A stretch of 63,815 nt of DNA, the filler included, from Craspedostauros australis (taxonomy: Eukaryota): the NCBI GenBank assembly GCA_030167865.1. It is 5 parts of 5 records of this genome, joined end to end, with 100 filler letters (N's around TTAATTAATTAA, not from the genome) between each part and the next. Parts side by side here need not be neighbours in the genome. Positions count along the whole stretch, not along the records: positions 32,771 to 61,280 come from JALAGF010000909.1; 4 more parts are not named here. The stretch is one strand, 5' to 3'. The first letter of the stretch is position 1, and each line of letters starts with the position of its first letter. Shown one piece after another: positions 47,701 through 59,614 of this stretch. The position numbers and the translations under genes were made by a program. Below the pieces are notes generated by a model. It did not search any database, was not told the origin of the DNA, and saw only the letters and a program-made list of their open reading frames with translations.

Positions 47701-50700
47701 CGACATCCTTCGTGTTCCATGTTTCGTGCTTGGCTCATCCTTTGTTTGGCGGTGACTTGTTAAAAAGACACCAAGGAGGAGTAGAGTAGAACAGCGGATT
47801 TTACTCCGCAATAGAACGGTGAATTAGTACGAGTACTATACGCGTAGACGAAGCAAGCAATAATTCAAGGAGAGGAAGGCAGGTAGAGGGGGCCTTGGAA
47901 CCTGCTTTGATCGGAGGTAGAAGAGGTATAATAGCATTAGAGGAGGTGGTCAGGTGAATGGCGAAATGCAATGTGCGGACAGGGTACTCGTATGAAGGCC
48001 AGAAAGAAGGTGTCTTGGAATAGATAAGGATGATCGCATTGCTCTGCGCAACCCTCTCACTCCAGCTTCTGGCGTACGAGCAGGCCGCCCATACCCGCAC
48101 CATACTCACTCCATGCGCGACGTGGCTCATCGAGGAGAAACTCCAACAACACAACCTCGATTGGCGATGTGGAGAAGGCGAACACTTGGCGCGTGTGAGA
48201 CGGTTCGTGATTCCATTTCTTCCTTGTGGAGGGTTTCCGGCACCCACATTTGATCCCACAGGCAATGACCGTTGCTTTCGTGACTGTCGTGAGGGCGCGG
48301 AAGATTCGCACATCGGTCTTGGTCTTGGTCGAATTCACAATAGACATTAAGTATCGTCAAACACCGCGTCCTTCACAACAAGATGTACGGCGAAGTCGTC
48401 TGACACGAGAGCAGATGTGGTCCAAACAAAGGCGAGTCTTACCCATCGCATCCACGCCAACCACAATAGTGAAGCTACCGACACAGGAGCACACAAGACC
48501 AAAAAGCATCGCGAACCAGACCCCCGCCACAAGGAGAAGGCGCCTGTGAATCCGAGAGCACAAGGACCTTCGCTCATCTTTGGCGTGTCTGGATGGTCTC
48601 ACGAAATGTTGTCGAATCCGCTTCTTTCTGGGAGCCTGGCGCTGCGGCACGATCTACGCCGCATGCGGATTGTGGTTGCACCATGCGATTACTTGCAAGC
48701 GCATGAAGTGCGAGCACCTTGCCGAGAAGTCAGAGTGGTCTTCGTGCGGCTCTTGTTTATGGCATCTTGTCCGGGGTCAGCCTTGGGTTCGGAGGATGGA
48801 GATGGAGATCCGGCTGGATGTTGTGCGAGTGACACAATGGGGCGTTGAACAATCACGAGTGTATTCCTCCCTCTCTGTCTCTCTCCCTCTCCCTATTTCT
48901 CTCTATTTATCCATCTGGAGAGACCAGAGTGGCAGAAACGGTCCTGCACTTGAGCACGAGCACGAACGCAAAGCATGTGCGAGTAGGTACGAACAACGAA
49001 GCGATCTGCAGGCTCCAGAGAGAGAGAGAGAGAGAGAGGCAGATCAATCACGTATTATACGACATGATTTTACTTCAATAGAATGCTGTCTGAATGCGTA
49101 CGGCAACATGCTCTGTCATACTCGTACGCGAGACGCGCAGGAGTTTACGACATGTTCATCTCAATCCTATCGCTCAATGCCATCGCTTGCTGGTGCCGCT
49201 TGGCAGTGCCATAGAGTATCGCAGGGCAGAGTGCCGTACGTGTGTGCATGTTTTGTCGTGACTATCGTAGGCAGGTGAATATATAGTACTGAGTAGAATA
49301 GAAGGTTGGCAATCGGTACCATAGATGCACGAATGCATGGATGGATATCTTCCACGCTCAATGATACTTCGAGGATGAAATCGATCAACCACGAGACTCC
49401 AGGACCCCCCGAGAAGGGCAAGGCCTGCACGGCTGTACCACAAAAGCAGACGAACACCAATTTGTCGATCCAATCCCACGCCTTGGGATGCAACGCCATC
49501 GGCGGCCTCTCGCTGCATTGATTCATTGCTGCGTTCTTGGTTGCGGATCTCCTTCTCCATGCTCTCATGTGGTGCAGGTTCGGCGTTGGAGAGAGACGTG
49601 TATCGAGACCAACCGCAAGCAAAGCAAATAAGCCACCATCCGACGTCGACAAATTTATCAGAGGAAGCAACCGCATGCGGCTGCGTCGTTGGCCGTCTAT
49701 CGGTTCGGCAAGGGAGTCAAGATTTCCCTGGGCTGTGGGCAGGCCGATGTGTTCCGCTGCTTCGTTGCATCCGTATCGGGGTATCATGGCTTCTCTGGTG
49801 GTGTGTCATGCAGGGATCTTCACCTGTTGCGGCGAAGTTCTGCTGTCTTGACCTTTCGGCACCACGTCTGCTGCTGCGCCGAACCTCTGCAAGGTCGTCG
49901 TTCGCCGTCGTTCGCCATTGTTCTCGAATTGCTGGTGTATTTGATTTGCCGTTTGCCGTTTGCTGCTGGTATGCGGGCTGGATGGTTGCGTGCATGGCCG
50001 CCGCATGATGGGTAGTCAATCAAAGGACGGGACCAAGCTCGCATCCAAGCTCATGGAGCTCTCCCAGCGGTAGCTTCCCTTGGGGAGGAGCTATTTGACC
50101 CATCGGCAAAACGGAGGTTTGCGCGCTCAATGTGTCTCCGCCATGGTGGACCGTCCCTGGTTCCCTCCCTTGTCCCAGCAACCCGTTGGTGCTCGGGCAC
50201 TCTGTCTGGTTGTCTGTTTGGTCACAGCGAAGCATCCCACACTGCGCAAGTGGCGACCATGTGATGAAGACACTGACCCAGAGAATCCTTCGCCCATCAT
50301 GGGAAATGCCAATGTCAAGGGGCGCAGGCTGGTTGCTCTCCCAGATGTGTCACAGACCATGCAACCGGAACATGTTGGCTCCCTTCTCTGCGTGTTCCGC
50401 GCTGGAGACGAGAGCGCCATTGTCGCCTCGTCGCCTTCTTTCTTGTCACGATTCGCTCGTCTTGATGTCTGCGAGATTCGTTGACATCCATGACCCAATG
50501 CACTACTCGTGTCTCGTTTGTGGCTATTCCGCGTCTTGCATTCATCAGATATTGGCCAAGTTTCGATCGAGTTTATCGAAGTAGTCCATGCAGTCCATCG
50601 TCCATTCAAACTCGGTGGACACTTCTGCCTGTCACGCCGATTTGAATTTGACGCACCCGCTTTTGCTGGTTGTGCTGCGATTTGCTGCGTTTACTGTGTG

Positions 50701-50961
50701 TTCGTGCAACGATGGCAAAAGAACACGCCAAACACAAACACACACACGCAGAACCAAGACGAAAGAAATCATCGACGGCGCCAACAGCAGCAGCAGCAAC
50801 AGCAAGACTGGAGCAACAGCCAACAAGGACAGCACAGCATCAAGCACAAAAAACGAAGCAAATCGCCCACGACGAACTTCGCAAACACCCAACCAACCAC
50901 TTCACTACAACGCCCAATCCTAACACCTCCCCCACACATACACACACACAACCACACAACC

Positions 50962-52295
50962 ATGTCGACAGAAGAAGAACCAAAGCCAGCCGCCACCGAG
51001 AAGCCTGCCGGGGGAAGTGACGAGCCAAAGGAGGATGAATCCACAGCCCAGTTCGAGCCGGTGGTAAGTCCCGACAATGACCACACGTTCCCTCAAGCGC
51101 CAAGACGGGTACCGCCGGATTTCTTGGTCGCCAAGAAAGACGAGACCCAAACGGGCGCCCAGCAATGAAGAGGCAATGGCTCGTCGCAGAGCTCAACAAC
51201 GTGTCTGGCATCTGGCTTTCACACAGCAGAGAAAGGGTGGCAAGATGTTGCGCAGAGAAGAAGTCCCAACGCTGACTATAGTCGCGCCTATGGTCCACCG
51301 CAATCGCAATGTCTCACCATACTCCGTCTTCTCTCTTTTGCCATGCGCTGTATCGCTCTTTGCGCTTCCATCATCTGTGTGGCTTGTTCTCCATCGTTTC
51401 GTCTCGACTCGTTACAACTCGGCGTTGTTGCTTCCGGCTTGGATCCAACATTCTGTGTTCCTCATGTTGGCGATATATGCACGACCAACTCGGTCATCCT
51501 GTGTGGTCATGTCGCGCTCCGATCTTGGTGCTCTCCCAATGCAATGTCAATCTCATTACCGTGTGCCAATTGCCCAACGAATCGACTCCTCTCATGTGAT
51601 GAATTAACCGAACAATCAATCAAACAATCAACTTTGGATGATTGCTTGACTTGTGTGTGCGAACAACGTACCGACATCTCCATTCGACTTTCAACGCTGC
51701 TGTCGTTCATTCTGTTGCCGATGCCAATGTTGCATGCCAACGCTGTCTTGTCCCTGCGCTCGTTGGGACACAGGTCAAGCTGGAGGAGGTTGATGTGAAG
51801 TCTGGAGAAGAAGACGAGGAGGTTGTATACGGCATCCGCTCGAAATTGTTCATCTTCGGCGAGACCTTGCTTGATGTGGGAACAGGAAACAAGTCATGGA
51901 AGGAGCGCGGAATTGGCGAGGCCAAGATCTTGCGGCACAAGGAGCACCAGCGACTGCGGTTGCTGATGCGACAAGAAAAGACCATGAAAGTAATTGCCAA
52001 CCACGCCCTGGATCCACGTATCAAGCTCGAGCCCAATGTCGGATCGGACCGATCCTGGGTGTGGTCCGCCTTCGATTTCGCCGAGGGTGAGCTCTCTGAG
52101 ACTGTCTTCGCTCTGCGATTTGCCGACTCCGAAATTGCTCGGACGTTCAAGAAGCACTTCGAAGAGGCGCAGGCGGAGATGGAGAAGCTGCTGGCGGGCG
52201 AGGACAAGCCAGGTGAGGACGGTGGCAAGGCTGCCGATGAAGCCGCCGAGGCTCTCGCAGGACTTTCCACAAAGGATGAAGAGAAGGCCCAGTAA
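50962..52295 (+). CDS. RANBP1: Ran-binding protein 1 (RanBD)
   Basis: Exon 1 is 50962-51063, with a 710-nt GTAAGT..CAG intron, then exon 2 at 51774-52295. Motifs: FEPV|VKLEEVDVKSGEEDEE, WKERGIG, RLLMRQEKTMKVIANH, PNVGSDRSWVW, FALRF. Confidence 0.95.
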
Positions 52296-52644
52296 ATAGA
52301 GAAACGTTGTGGAAGCTTCAACCTTTTTGGAGCGTGGTTGCAGTCGTGGGTAAACTGCATGCGCATTAGTCACCTGCCCAGTCGAGCGCGAGGACGGTGT
52401 CCTGCAGTTCTGGTAAGACAGTCCAATCGATGGCGAATACTCGTAGGCGGGCTACAACATCTAACCACCTGCTTCGGACCGAGGGCAACAAGTCTCAGCA
52501 ACCACTCGACAATACGTACGGGCTCGAGCACGAACTACGGTACAAAACAGAACAACAGTAGACCATTGGCCGACGCCCGCATTGACGACCACACAAATTG
52601 ATATTGGTAGTATAATACCACATATTATAGCACTATAAGTGCAC

Positions 52645-53679
52645 TCAAGACTCCGCCGGAAACATCTGATCCCCCAACCCGACGTTCGGATCGTAGGTGT
52701 ACACCTTGTACCCAAACCGCGTCAGCTCGGACTGGACCTGCGGATCGAAATCGATGACGTGCTCCACCGTCTGCAGCTGCCGCACGAGCGCCACGCGTCC
52801 CGCCGTCGTCGATGTTGGGATCAACCGGTGCGTGGGCAGGTGCGGGAAGGGACTGCCCAGCGCGTCACGTTTCCACGTGCTCTTGGCCTTGCCGTCGTCT
52901 TGGTTCAGATCCATGTGGACCATAACGAAGACGTTGTAGTAGGTCGCCATGCATTGGACGAACCGCTGCAGAGAGGCCTGTTGCTGCGGCATGGAGACGA
53001 TCTCCATTTCCTGCACGCTGATGACGATGGTCGAACCGCGCGGTGGCGGGAACGTGAAGGCGTGAGGATCGAGGATCTTGGACAGCACCTTGGCCCGGTC
53101 CTTGCGCATGTTGGTCGCCTTGTCCGCAGTTTGGATGCTGCTGCTTTCCATGTCGGTGTTGACGTACTTGAAGGCGACCACACCATCCACCAGGACGGCC
53201 TTGCCACCAATGCCCGCGGACTTGCTGATGGTCGCGACGGGAAGCTGCACATGCGGAGGCAGACGCATGTTCTGCGACAGAACCTCCTGCGCGGCGTCCG
53301 ACAGTTTGTATCCCGACGATCCCGCGGAGGCATTCCAATTCGTGTTCTGCGCATTGCGTTGTTGCGGAGCTGCCGCCGCTCTCTGCCTGTGGTTGGCAGG
53401 TGCATTTGTGCGCTGCTGCTGTCGATCGTTCGTCTTGGGCCGCAGCAGCGTGACGTAGATGATCAAGGAGATGATTGCCACGATCACCAACGTGGGGCTG
53501 GGGAAGGCATTGGCGTTCATGTCGTCGCCTGGGCCCTTGTCGATGTGGACGGCATCCGCTTGTTCCTGAGCTTGCGCCTGTGCTTGCGAGAGTGGAACCT
53601 GTTCGTTGGCTCCTGTCGCCGCTGCAGCCGAAGCAACAGCATCATGGTCGTTCGTGTTTTCTGCCGAGACTCCCAACAT
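52645..53679 (-). CDS. PEX22-like peroxisomal membrane anchor protein
   Basis: Single N-proximal TM (LVIVAIISLIIYVTLL) followed by basic residues. The C-terminal STTAGRVALVRQLQTVEHVIDFDPQVQSELTRF resembles the plant-type PEX22 C-terminal motif (ST..GR..FVRQL...HID......L.RF), as recalled. Confidence 0.65.
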   Translation of the reverse strand: MLGVSAENTNDHDAVASAAAATGANEQVPLSQAQAQAQEQADAVHIDKGPGDDMNANAFPSPTLVIVAIISLIIYVTLLRPKTNDRQQQRTNAPANHRQRAAAAPQQRNAQNTNWNASAGSSGYKLSDAAQEVLSQNMRLPPHVQLPVATISKSAGIGGKAVLVDGVVAFKYVNTDMESSSIQTADKATNMRKDRAKVLSKILDPHAFTFPPPRGSTIVISVQEMEIVSMPQQQASLQRFVQCMATYYNVFVMVHMDLNQDDGKAKSTWKRDALGSPFPHLPTHRLIPTSTTAGRVALVRQLQTVEHVIDFDPQVQSELTRFGYKVYTYDPNVGLGDQMFPAES

Positions 53680-54363
53680 TGCGCCAAGTTGCTTATCGCC
53701 GATTGGAGATATAATATTATATAATGTTATATAGAATAGAATACGTATTACGCTTGATGGTGTTCGGTGGTGTGCTCAATGATGTTGATGGCTCCGAGGT
53801 TGTTCTGTGCTGGGAATGTGCGGGTCCCTATTCTCCATTACTCTGCAGGGTAGCGGCTGTGGTGGTGGAGGCTGATGACTTCGCCAAGTCTTTGTGGCTG
53901 ACGGAAGCAAAGATGCTGTTGCTGCCGTTGTTGTCGTTGTGAGGAGATCAGAGCGCTTCTTGTTCTGTCTTTTGTTGTGTTCTGTTCTTGCTCTGCTCCC
54001 GAACACTATTTCGTCTGCACGACCATCCGAACAACTGGATTTGTGCTTCGAATCCATCGACACGATCTGAAAGTCGGACGAGTCGTATAGCGCCGACAAC
54101 GTGCGTCAGCCTGCAATCATGGCGGAAGTTCCCTCCAGCAGTGCAGCGTATCTTGATGGCAACCGCCCCGCAGATGCCAACAGCGATGATGGCAACGACA
54201 TCGTCATCGCCATCAGGTGAGTGAGGGAAAGGAAAGAGTCCCCATCCCCATACGATCCACCGCGTGATCAATCACATCAGGAGAGTTGTGACAACAGCGA
54301 AAGCAGCAATCAGAACAACCGTTTTGTAGTAACAAGAACGACGGCATCACCAAGAAGAACATC

Positions 54364-55572
54364 ATGAAGGTTGTGTCCATCTTCGCCATCCTGCTGGCTG
54401 CCGAGCCGAGCAACGCTCTGCTGGGTCGTCTGTTCCGCGGCAAGAGCGCCCCCGTCGTCGAGAAGGCCAAGCCCGTTGCGCCACCGACTGGACCAACCGT
54501 GCCGCCGCTCGTCCTCGACAACCGAGGATTGGACTACATCTTCGACAAGAATCAAGCATGGAAGAAGGAAATGCTCAAGGAGGATTCCCAGTTCTTCAAG
54601 AAGCTTGGAACCACGCATACTCCCGATTACATGTACATCGGTGGGTGGTCGTCCATCATCATTGGTTTTTCTGTTGTTGTTGCCCCCTACGGATGGAGTT
54701 AGTAGTGGTGATTGTTCGTGGTGATTGTTGTCGGTAGTGATCGTTGTTGGTAGTGGCACCAGTAGTGGATCGTCTCATGATGCATGCATCACATCAGATC
54801 GTGCCTCACCTGGCATTTTTCCCATGTCGATGTGTTTGGGTGTTCTTTGTTTGACCCATCAGCGAACTCGCACCATCCTCATTCTCACTCCGTGTCGACG
54901 TTGTTACCGTGTCCTCCACTCTGCATCCACCATCACAACCGCTACGACCGATTATCACCAACCCAACCCAATGCAATGTAATCAATGTAATAAATATAAC
55001 ACAACGAATGCAACACGCGACACACAGGATCCGTCGATGCCCGCGTCCCACCCAACCTCGTCATGGGCGAGAAGCCAGGCAACGTCTTCGTGCACCGCAA
55101 TGTCGCCAATCTCGTCGTCAACACCGACACCAACCTCATGAGCGCCCTGCAGTACGGCGTTGGCTACCTCAAGGTCAAGGATATCATCGTCTGCGGCCAC
55201 TACGAATGCGGTGGCGTGCGCGCCGCCGAGAATAATTTCAACCACGTCGCCCCTCTCGAGCAGTGGCTGCGCAACGTGCGCGACGTCTACCGCCTCCACA
55301 AGGAAGAACTCGATGCCATCACCGACGCTGAGGCGCGCCATCGCCGGTTAGTCGAGCTCAACGTCATCGAACAGTGTATGAACGTCTTCAAGACCGGCAT
55401 CGTGCAGAAGACGCGGATCGATACCTACGAGGCCGGCGAGGAGATGACGCCACGCGTGCATGCCACCGTCTTCGATCCGAAGACCGGGGACCTCAAGCGC
55501 ATTCCAGTCGACTTCTCCGCCTACGCGGATGATTTCACAGATATCTACGGCATGTACAGCCTTGCCGAGTAA
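54364..55572 (+). CDS. Beta-class carbonic anhydrase, probably plastid-targeted (first Zn ligand Cys->Ser)
   Basis: Exon 1 is 54364-54640, with a GTGGGT..CAG intron at 54641-55027, then exon 2 at 55028-55572. Motifs: YIG-SVDARV, GNVFVHRNVAN, LQYGV..LKV..IIVCGHYECGGV, LVELNVIEQ. Signal peptide ends SNA|LL. Confidence 0.9.
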
Positions 55573-56020
55573 GCGCGATACTGCTAGAGAGTACACGATG
55601 CTACGTGTGTGTCGTTACGAGAATGTATACGACATGGCTAACTTGGCTTGGCCTAGCTGGAGATCTCACAACTAGGGACACAGCACACAATGAATAGAAT
55701 ACACAACATGGTGCAGTCGTCAGCATTGGATACAATAATTGTATATGTGCTTCTCATCATCATTTGATGGATTTGATGGAGAACTGTCTCTATGGACGAG
55801 TATGGTATGCCGTGAACTGCGACTGAAGGAATCGAACTGCGTGGTCTCTACTCGAGATGATTCGTTGGTCGACCCCGCCCAACAATCAATTGGACGGCAA
55901 TAACGCTGTTGCTGCCTGCCCACCCACTGTTTTCTTGGTTGTTGTCATGGAACAAATTGAAATGGACGTATCCTCATGAGTGCAATAGTATCAGCATGAG
56001 TAGAACAGCGCCATGGCTTT

Positions 56021-56944
56021 TCAAGGTGCGTCCGCTGACAATTCCCGTATCCTCGTTCGGACATCCTGAAACACACGAGGGGGAACGCGATACCCGACAG
56101 CCGGCACGACCAGCGACATCCAAGTCCAAAGCTCCAGCGTCTTCTGCGTTGTCTCATCCAACGCTGCAGCCGCAGTCTCGTCGATATCTTCCGCTATACC
56201 TATGATTGCGTCCTTTGATTTTGTTGCAGTCGTCGTCATGAGTTGCACCATCCGCGCGGTCGTCTGGCAAGGGTGCAGGAACATCGTCGGAACGCCGGTG
56301 ACTGGATGCATGTCTTCAGAGATGAATTCCCACGTATCCCGTGGAATGGAATGGTATTGGTGATAATTGTGCACATCATCTGCATCATGACCGTTATTGC
56401 TGCTGTCCTTGCCATTGTCAATACCCAGGTTTTGACTGCTGCTGTCGCTGCTGCAATGCAACGCCTCGAGTACTTGCGATCTGGTGAGCGGCGATCCATT
56501 CGCATCTTGCGCATGGAAATACAGAACCGGGACCCTCCATGTTTCGTTGTAGACGACATTGAATCTCCATTCCGTGGACGTAGCATGCTGCTGCCGGTGA
56601 TCATCGTGACGAGGCAGGGATTCGCAGTCGGGATCATCCCAAATGGTCTCATCCACGTAGTCGTATTCATCGATGTCATCATCCCCGTTTGCAATGATGG
56701 GTGACTGCGCAGCATGATTGGCCGTGTCGGATGCTGAATTTCCGCCAGAAATAGACCGATGCACGACGCGATGTGCCAAGTAGGACACCTGCGCGCCATT
56801 CCTTCCATCTGCTCCGATCAGTTCCCATTCCAGCAGCGTGTTGCGCGCGCGTTCGTCTGCGCCTTCGTGCTGGCACTTTCGAAGCGCTTTGACAAGAAGA
56901 TCTGCACTCTGATCGAATTGATGGCCAGTCCAAACACCTGCCAT
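56021..56944 (-). CDS. ATG10: Autophagy E2-like conjugating enzyme ATG10
   Basis: Motifs VVYNETWRVPVLYF, NGSPL, ISEDMHPVTGVP.MFLHPCQT (catalytic HPC) and C-terminal WMSLV.P.VG. Confidence 0.85.
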   Translation of the reverse strand: MAGVWTGHQFDQSADLLVKALRKCQHEGADERARNTLLEWELIGADGRNGAQVSYLAHRVVHRSISGGNSASDTANHAAQSPIIANGDDDIDEYDYVDETIWDDPDCESLPRHDDHRQQHATSTEWRFNVVYNETWRVPVLYFHAQDANGSPLTRSQVLEALHCSSDSSSQNLGIDNGKDSSNNGHDADDVHNYHQYHSIPRDTWEFISEDMHPVTGVPTMFLHPCQTTARMVQLMTTTATKSKDAIIGIAEDIDETAAAALDETTQKTLELWTWMSLVVPAVGYRVPPRVFQDVRTRIRELSADAP

Positions 56945-57489
56945 GGCTGCTCGAATCGAAATCTCGCGGGATGATCAGCCTTGTCCTCACAACTGTCAAC
57001 CGATGTAGGTAGGATTCTTTGTCTGCCATTGCCTCAACAACGCCCTGTGCTGACTGTTGGTGTCTCGCGTCTCGCATCTTGTGTCCTGTTTCGTCTCATT
57101 TCGTTTTGGTTTTTGTGTCACGGCGATGCATGACTCGGACACTGTTTCGATGCTGAATTGCGTGTCATGTACTCAATCTGTCCGTTCTTCGAACACAATA
57201 TGCCTCAATGATGTCATCTAGGGGCTTATAATGTACCTTCTCCGATCCAAGTTCAATGTTGGCTGTCCGTACACCATGCGAACCCATAATTGCCGCAACC
57301 CCCAACGTACGACAAGAAGAAAAACCGATTCCACAAACACAACGTCATCCACAACTGTTGCAAAACGATCTTGCGCATCTACACTTTCATTCACCGATTC
57401 ACTGATTGATTGCCTGGTGAATTGCGCGATACTACCCACGCCATTGCAAACGTTTGCAAACACTCGCAAGATAGATCGAGTGGACAAAG

Positions 57490-58920
57490 ATGCGCCTCGC
57501 ACCAAGCCGGCTGAGTGCCGCTGTGTGCTTGCTGCTGGGAACCACCGAGGCGTTCGCTCCACAGCGCGGCAATCCCGCAGGCTTTCGACTGCGCGCGACT
57601 GTGGCAAGCGAGGAGACGTGGATCGTGATGAGCTGGGACGGCTGCGTTGCGGAGACGGTCGATTGGAGGGTGGAGATGGGCGTCGCAGCGGCCTTGCGGG
57701 TGTGGCCCGATCCGCTGCAGTCGCAGATGGATGGATATCGCGATGAGGACAACGTCGCGTGGCTGTACAACAAGCTGAGAGCGTTGGCGCCGTTCGTGGG
57801 GACCTTGCCAAGTGGCGATGGCAACAACGTGCATTCCATCACGTGCGAGTACGCCTTTGCGGCGCGGTTGGTGTTGGAGGAGCAGGCGTTGGATGCCGGT
57901 CATTCGGATGGATGCACGGGCAAGTACGCCAGCCAATTTCATCCACGTAATCGCAACATAAATGATGACATAGTGGAAGATGACATAGTGGAAGATGAGC
58001 AAGGCAACAACTCTATCGATGACTCAGACGACAAGGTCGACAATGGCAGCCGCCCCCTCACCGTGGGCGAGATTGCGGAGAACTGGTCTGGGTTGATCCG
58101 TGACACAATCGGAATCAAGTACCATGCCAACTACAACGATCCCTTGCCCATCCTTCAGGGCGCCATCGACGACATGATTCAGCAGGATGGGGAAAATATG
58201 ATTGGTGCTGATGATGATGCGACGAAGCAGAAAAAGGCATCATCAGTTATAGCGCAGCCAACTTTGACATCGCGAATGCGTCGTCGGCTGATGCAGCCCA
58301 TTGGCGACACCACCAAACTCGTTGTCCTTGTGCATCACGAGTCCGACCTGCCTGCTGCGGAGCGAAGCTTCCATCAGATCAACGATGATTCGCATGGAAT
58401 GCGTGATGCTTTCCATATTCGAACAGTCCGTGATGTGCAAAGTATCATGGATGTGGATGTTCCATTCAACAGCAGCCGTCGCAGCGGTGGAAGCCAGGGA
58501 CGTTCGATTTTCCTTTTCTGTCCAAACGATTCATCCTGGAGGGCAGACATTTGCCGCACCACCATGCCGGCACCCACAAAGTCATTAGATGAGTCGCAAC
58601 AACAGGAAGTGAAGTCGCGGACGGTCTATGCCATCGAATCGTCATGGCCAAGGCTCCAACAATGGATCCCGTCTTTCGGCGATGCCATCCCCAAGAAGAG
58701 CACTGGTGACGGAGCCACGCCGATCGAATCAAACCCGAACCTTTCCCTATCCTTGAATTTGGCGTCTTTCGATGACACAGTGGATGCTGCAGACACGCAA
58801 TCATCTTCGCTGGTTGCACCGCAGCACGTGCGCGCCGCCATGATGAACCCATGGACGGGCGTCATGACCCTGGAGGACCTCGACTTGTTGCTCATGCAGG
58901 ACGTCCCGGTGTTTGAGTAG
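57490..58920 (+). CDS. Plastid-targeted hypothetical protein with a degenerate HAD-like motif I
   Basis: 476-aa ORF with a signal peptide ending TEA|FAP (ASAFAP type). IVMSWDGCVAET resembles the HAD hhhDxDGxxxDT motif. Confidence 0.65.
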   Translation: MRLAPSRLSAAVCLLLGTTEAFAPQRGNPAGFRLRATVASEETWIVMSWDGCVAETVDWRVEMGVAAALRVWPDPLQSQMDGYRDEDNVAWLYNKLRALAPFVGTLPSGDGNNVHSITCEYAFAARLVLEEQALDAGHSDGCTGKYASQFHPRNRNINDDIVEDDIVEDEQGNNSIDDSDDKVDNGSRPLTVGEIAENWSGLIRDTIGIKYHANYNDPLPILQGAIDDMIQQDGENMIGADDDATKQKKASSVIAQPTLTSRMRRRLMQPIGDTTKLVVLVHHESDLPAAERSFHQINDDSHGMRDAFHIRTVRDVQSIMDVDVPFNSSRRSGGSQGRSIFLFCPNDSSWRADICRTTMPAPTKSLDESQQQEVKSRTVYAIESSWPRLQQWIPSFGDAIPKKSTGDGATPIESNPNLSLSLNLASFDDTVDAADTQSSSLVAPQHVRAAMMNPWTGVMTLEDLDLLLMQDVPVFE

Positions 58921-59614
58921 AGGAAAGTGCTCGTGCTATAGACTCGCGCATGTACATAACACACATAATAACACGATACATAATGGCATTGCATTGCATT
59001 CCACGCGCAGTTGGATGCTGCTTGCGCGGGTGTTGCACTGGGTTGAGTCGGACTGGGCTGGGCTGGGTTGGACCACGAGATCTTGTTTTTCTCCTTCGCG
59101 TCGCGTCGCAATGACGAACCAGGACGTTCCTTCGTGCACTTTTCGAGTCCTCTCAGTCGTGTATATCAATCCCGAGTCGCTGAAATGGCGAAGATCTCAT
59201 TGTGCCCTTCCTTGTTCGCTCCTGATTGGGCGAGGAACAACAATCGAACTTGAAACATGCACCCACATCACGCAGAGAGAGAAGCGAAAGGATTCGAAAA
59301 GAGCAACAACAAGAACAAGAAGGACAGCGACATCACAGATGCGATCTACTCCCCAGTACAGATCTTTAGTGGGCTACCGAGCGTCGTTGGATTGATGCAA
59401 CGCAGCGAAAGGAGGCCAGAGTCCACCTGCAGAGCCGGCCATCGATTCAAACACTGATCGCCTAACAAGTTCGTCCTTTTGCTGACTCCCATCCAGTTTA
59501 CAAACAGCAGAACGCAAAGAGGAGGCGAGAGCAGACCACTCCACTCTACTCTACTCTACTCTGCCAACACTTGACTCGACATCACTCGATCGTGCAGAGC
59601 GAAGCAATCCCATC

